This document shows, one piece after another, positions 62,200 to 64,000 of a DNA stretch of 64,000 nt. Under the pieces are notes generated by a model. It was not told the origin of the DNA, ran no database searches, and saw nothing but the letters and a program-made list of their open reading frames with translations. A program made the position numbers and the translations under genes. The stretch covers positions 800,001-864,000 of the forward strand of contig CBDDIJ010000005.1 of the NCBI GenBank assembly GCA_965228855.1, in the 5' to 3' direction. Positions within the stretch are counted from its first letter, which is position 1, and each line of letters begins with the position of its first letter. Source of the stretch: Candidatus Obscuribacterales bacterium. Lineage in GTDB: Bacteria; Cyanobacteriota; Vampirovibrionia; Obscuribacterales; Obscuribacteraceae.

Positions 62200-62374
62200 C
62201 AGCGAACACACTACCTCATAGCCAGATAGACAAGTCGGGAAATTTAGCAGGCGCCGAAGTGTACTGAGCCACGAAACCCTGATTCAGTGGGACTTTTCGG
62301 AGAAGCTTGGCACGACGACATATAGTAGGAAGTCTGAGAGAAGAAAGCCGGCAGGCGGCTTTCCATCGCGCGAC

Positions 62375-63127
62375 TTAGAACGTCGAGCGCATCTTGAACA
62401 GATCGGAGAATGTTTCCCAGATGACTGAGAACTTGCCGCCCGAGGCGCCCTGCGTCAATCTCGGCAGGTGGTCGATCGGAATTTCGATTACTTTGAAGCC
62501 GGCACGCTCTGCTCTGATGCAAAGTTCAGCATCGACGAACGGAGTGTACGAGCGCAAAGTTACTTTGTCGAGAATGGCTTTGCGGAAGAGTTTGATCGAA
62601 TTCACATCTTTATGGCGGTGTCCGTAGAGGACGCGCAGCATCAAGTTATAAACTGCGGATTGGAGCTTGCGGCGCGGCGGATCGTTTCGGTTTACTCTCC
62701 AACCGATGACGAAATCGTGGGTCTTAAGCCCTTCCGCCATAGCGATCAATTCTTTCGGAGCGTACTGATAATCGCCCGGAAGCGAGAATACAAATTCTTT
62801 GGTGCCGGCATGATAGAGTTCGTGAATGGTGGCACCGAACCCTTTATTCACCGGGTGGTTGATCAGGCGAACATGCGGATTGGTGCGGCATTTCGCTTCA
62901 ATCTTTTCAAGCGTTTTATCGCGACTACCATCATTGCAAACAACGATCTCAAAATCCTCGCAGATTTCAGACAACAGCGTGGAGCCGTCATCGATCAGGC
63001 GACCGATGGTTTCCTCGTCGTTGTACGCCGGGATGATGAGCGAAACAGAACTGAGTTGAATCAGTCCGTTTCCGTTAGCTGATAGAACCGGATTTTGCTG
63101 CGACTTCATAGGATTGTGTACCGGCAT
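62375..63127 (-). CDS. Family 2 glycosyltransferase (polyprenol-phosphate type)
   Basis: SLIIPAYND, NDGSRD, HPVNKGFG; true start probably slightly downstream. Confidence 0.9.
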   Translation of the reverse strand: MPVHNPMKSQQNPVLSANGNGLIQLSSVSLIIPAYNDEETIGRLIDDGSTLLSEICEDFEIVVCNDGSRDKTLEKIEAKCRTNPHVRLINHPVNKGFGATIHELYHAGTKEFVFSLPGDYQYAPKELIAMAEGLKTHDFVIGWRVNRNDPPRRKLQSAVYNLMLRVLYGHRHKDVNSIKLFRKAILDKVTLRSYTPFVDAELCIRAERAGFKVIEIPIDHLPRLTQGASGGKFSVIWETFSDLFKMRSTF

Positions 63128-64000
63128 TGAGGGGCGACTCCGTGGTTTGTTTTTCCTGAGAGCAATTCGTGAAATAGGACCTGATGGACTCGATCACGTA
63201 ATCGATCTCATCATTTGTCAGCTCCGGATACATCGGAAGGCTGATGATGCGTTGTGTTGCTTTTTCAGTGTTAGGCAATGAGCCTGGTTTGTAGTTCAAG
63301 TACGCATAAGCCTTTTGCAAATGCGCGGGAATCGGATAGTGAATCAGCGCTTGCACTGATTGTTCCGCCAAATAATCGATCAACCGATCGCGATTGTCGG
63401 TTTGAATCACATAAAGGTGATAAACATGAACGCTGCCTTCGCGCTCTACAGGCGTTTCGACAACATCCTTCAAGCCTTCGGTGTAGCGTTGTGCAATTTC
63501 ACGGCGGCGAACATTCCATTCATTCAGATAAGGAAGTTGGGCCGACAAAATAGCAGCTTGAATTTCATCGAGACGGCTGTTGATGCCCTCGGTGTCGTGA
63601 TAGTAGCGTTTCGACTGACCGTAATTTCTCAGCATGTTCAAACGGTCGCAGTTCTCCTTGGAGCCCGTCGCGACCGCGCCACCATCGCCGAAGGCACCGA
63701 TGTTTTTGCTCGGATAGTAGCTGAAGGTTCCGAAATCACCGATGGTGCCTGCCATACGACCGTTGTACAGCGCGCCGGTGGACTGAGCACAATCCTCAAC
63801 AACTTTCAGATTGTGTTTTTTGGCGAGCGCCATAATCGGATCCATGTCTGCCATTTGACCGTACAGATGGACCGGAACGATAGCTTTGGTTTTCTCGGTA
63901 ATCTTGCTTTCGAGGTCTTTGACGCACATCGTGTACGTTTCAGGGTCGATGTCGACGAACTTCGGCTGCGCGCCGGTCGAGCGAATCGCACAAATAGTCG
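63075..64000 (-). CDS. DegT/DnrJ/EryC1/StrS sugar aminotransferase, 5' end outside the window
   Basis: PVHLYGQ, EDCAQ, FSYYPSKN, GINSRLDEIQAA; reading frame stays open to the window edge. Confidence 0.93.
   Translation of the reverse strand, partial: TICAIRSTGAQPKFVDIDPETYTMCVKDLESKITEKTKAIVPVHLYGQMADMDPIMALAKKHNLKVVEDCAQSTGALYNGRMAGTIGDFGTFSYYPSKNIGAFGDGGAVATGSKENCDRLNMLRNYGQSKRYYHDTEGINSRLDEIQAAILSAQLPYLNEWNVRRREIAQRYTEGLKDVVETPVEREGSVHVYHLYVIQTDNRDRLIDYLAEQSVQALIHYPIPAHLQKAYAYLNYKPGSLPNTEKATQRIISLPMYPELTNDEIDYVIESIRSYFTNCSQEKQTTESPLNAGTQSYEVAAKSGSIS

Larger units (their letters stand above)
60952..62216 (+). mobile_element. IS110-family insertion sequence, IS621-like, 1265 bp, no terminal inverted repeats
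   Basis: Ends defined by the adjacent empty repeat; long left non-coding end; DEDD recombinase; circle junction ACACTAC-CT-TGTAC. Confidence 0.93.
60913..62332. repeat. Copy B of the 155-bp repeat, split by the IS110 element into 60913-60951 and 62217-62332
   Basis: Removing 60952-62216 restores a sequence colinear with copy A. Confidence 0.92.

Noticed and set aside
60748..62332. Flanking repeats read as a target-site duplication or long terminal repeats of the IS
   Set aside because: The copies differ at 12 of 155 positions and the IS interrupts one copy internally; IS110 elements do not make long duplications

Overview
This is a bacterial chromosomal window of about 50 protein-coding genes. 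Its gene content (cyanobacterial-type short SSB and RpoZ, an ARC6/Ftn2 IMS-like domain, several Hanks-type kinases, no photosynthesis genes here) suggests a non-photosynthetic Cyanobacteriota relative such as Melainabacteria/Obscuribacterales; that is an inference, not a search result. Housekeeping and stress genes include ssb, rubrerythrin with a PerR-like regulator, clpB, larC, dusB, gmk-rpoZ, rqcH, lexA, arginase, maf and hemL. Signalling genes are dense: GGDEF proteins, a REC-wHTH-kinase hybrid, and an ABC1-PP2C-FHA-kinase/NHL operon. The standout feature is an intact IS621-like IS110 element (60952-62216). Its bridge RNA can be decoded from the window alone: all four guide segments plus handshake-like extensions match the flanking target and the reconstructed circle junction, and that junction assembles a TTGACA-17 nt-TACGTT promoter. 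The element sits inside one copy of an unnamed, structured repeat of about 155 bp. An empty tandem copy lies next to it and a diverged third copy lies at 52.3 kb. The target core (GT) differs from the donor core (CT). No rRNA, tRNA or CRISPR array was seen.
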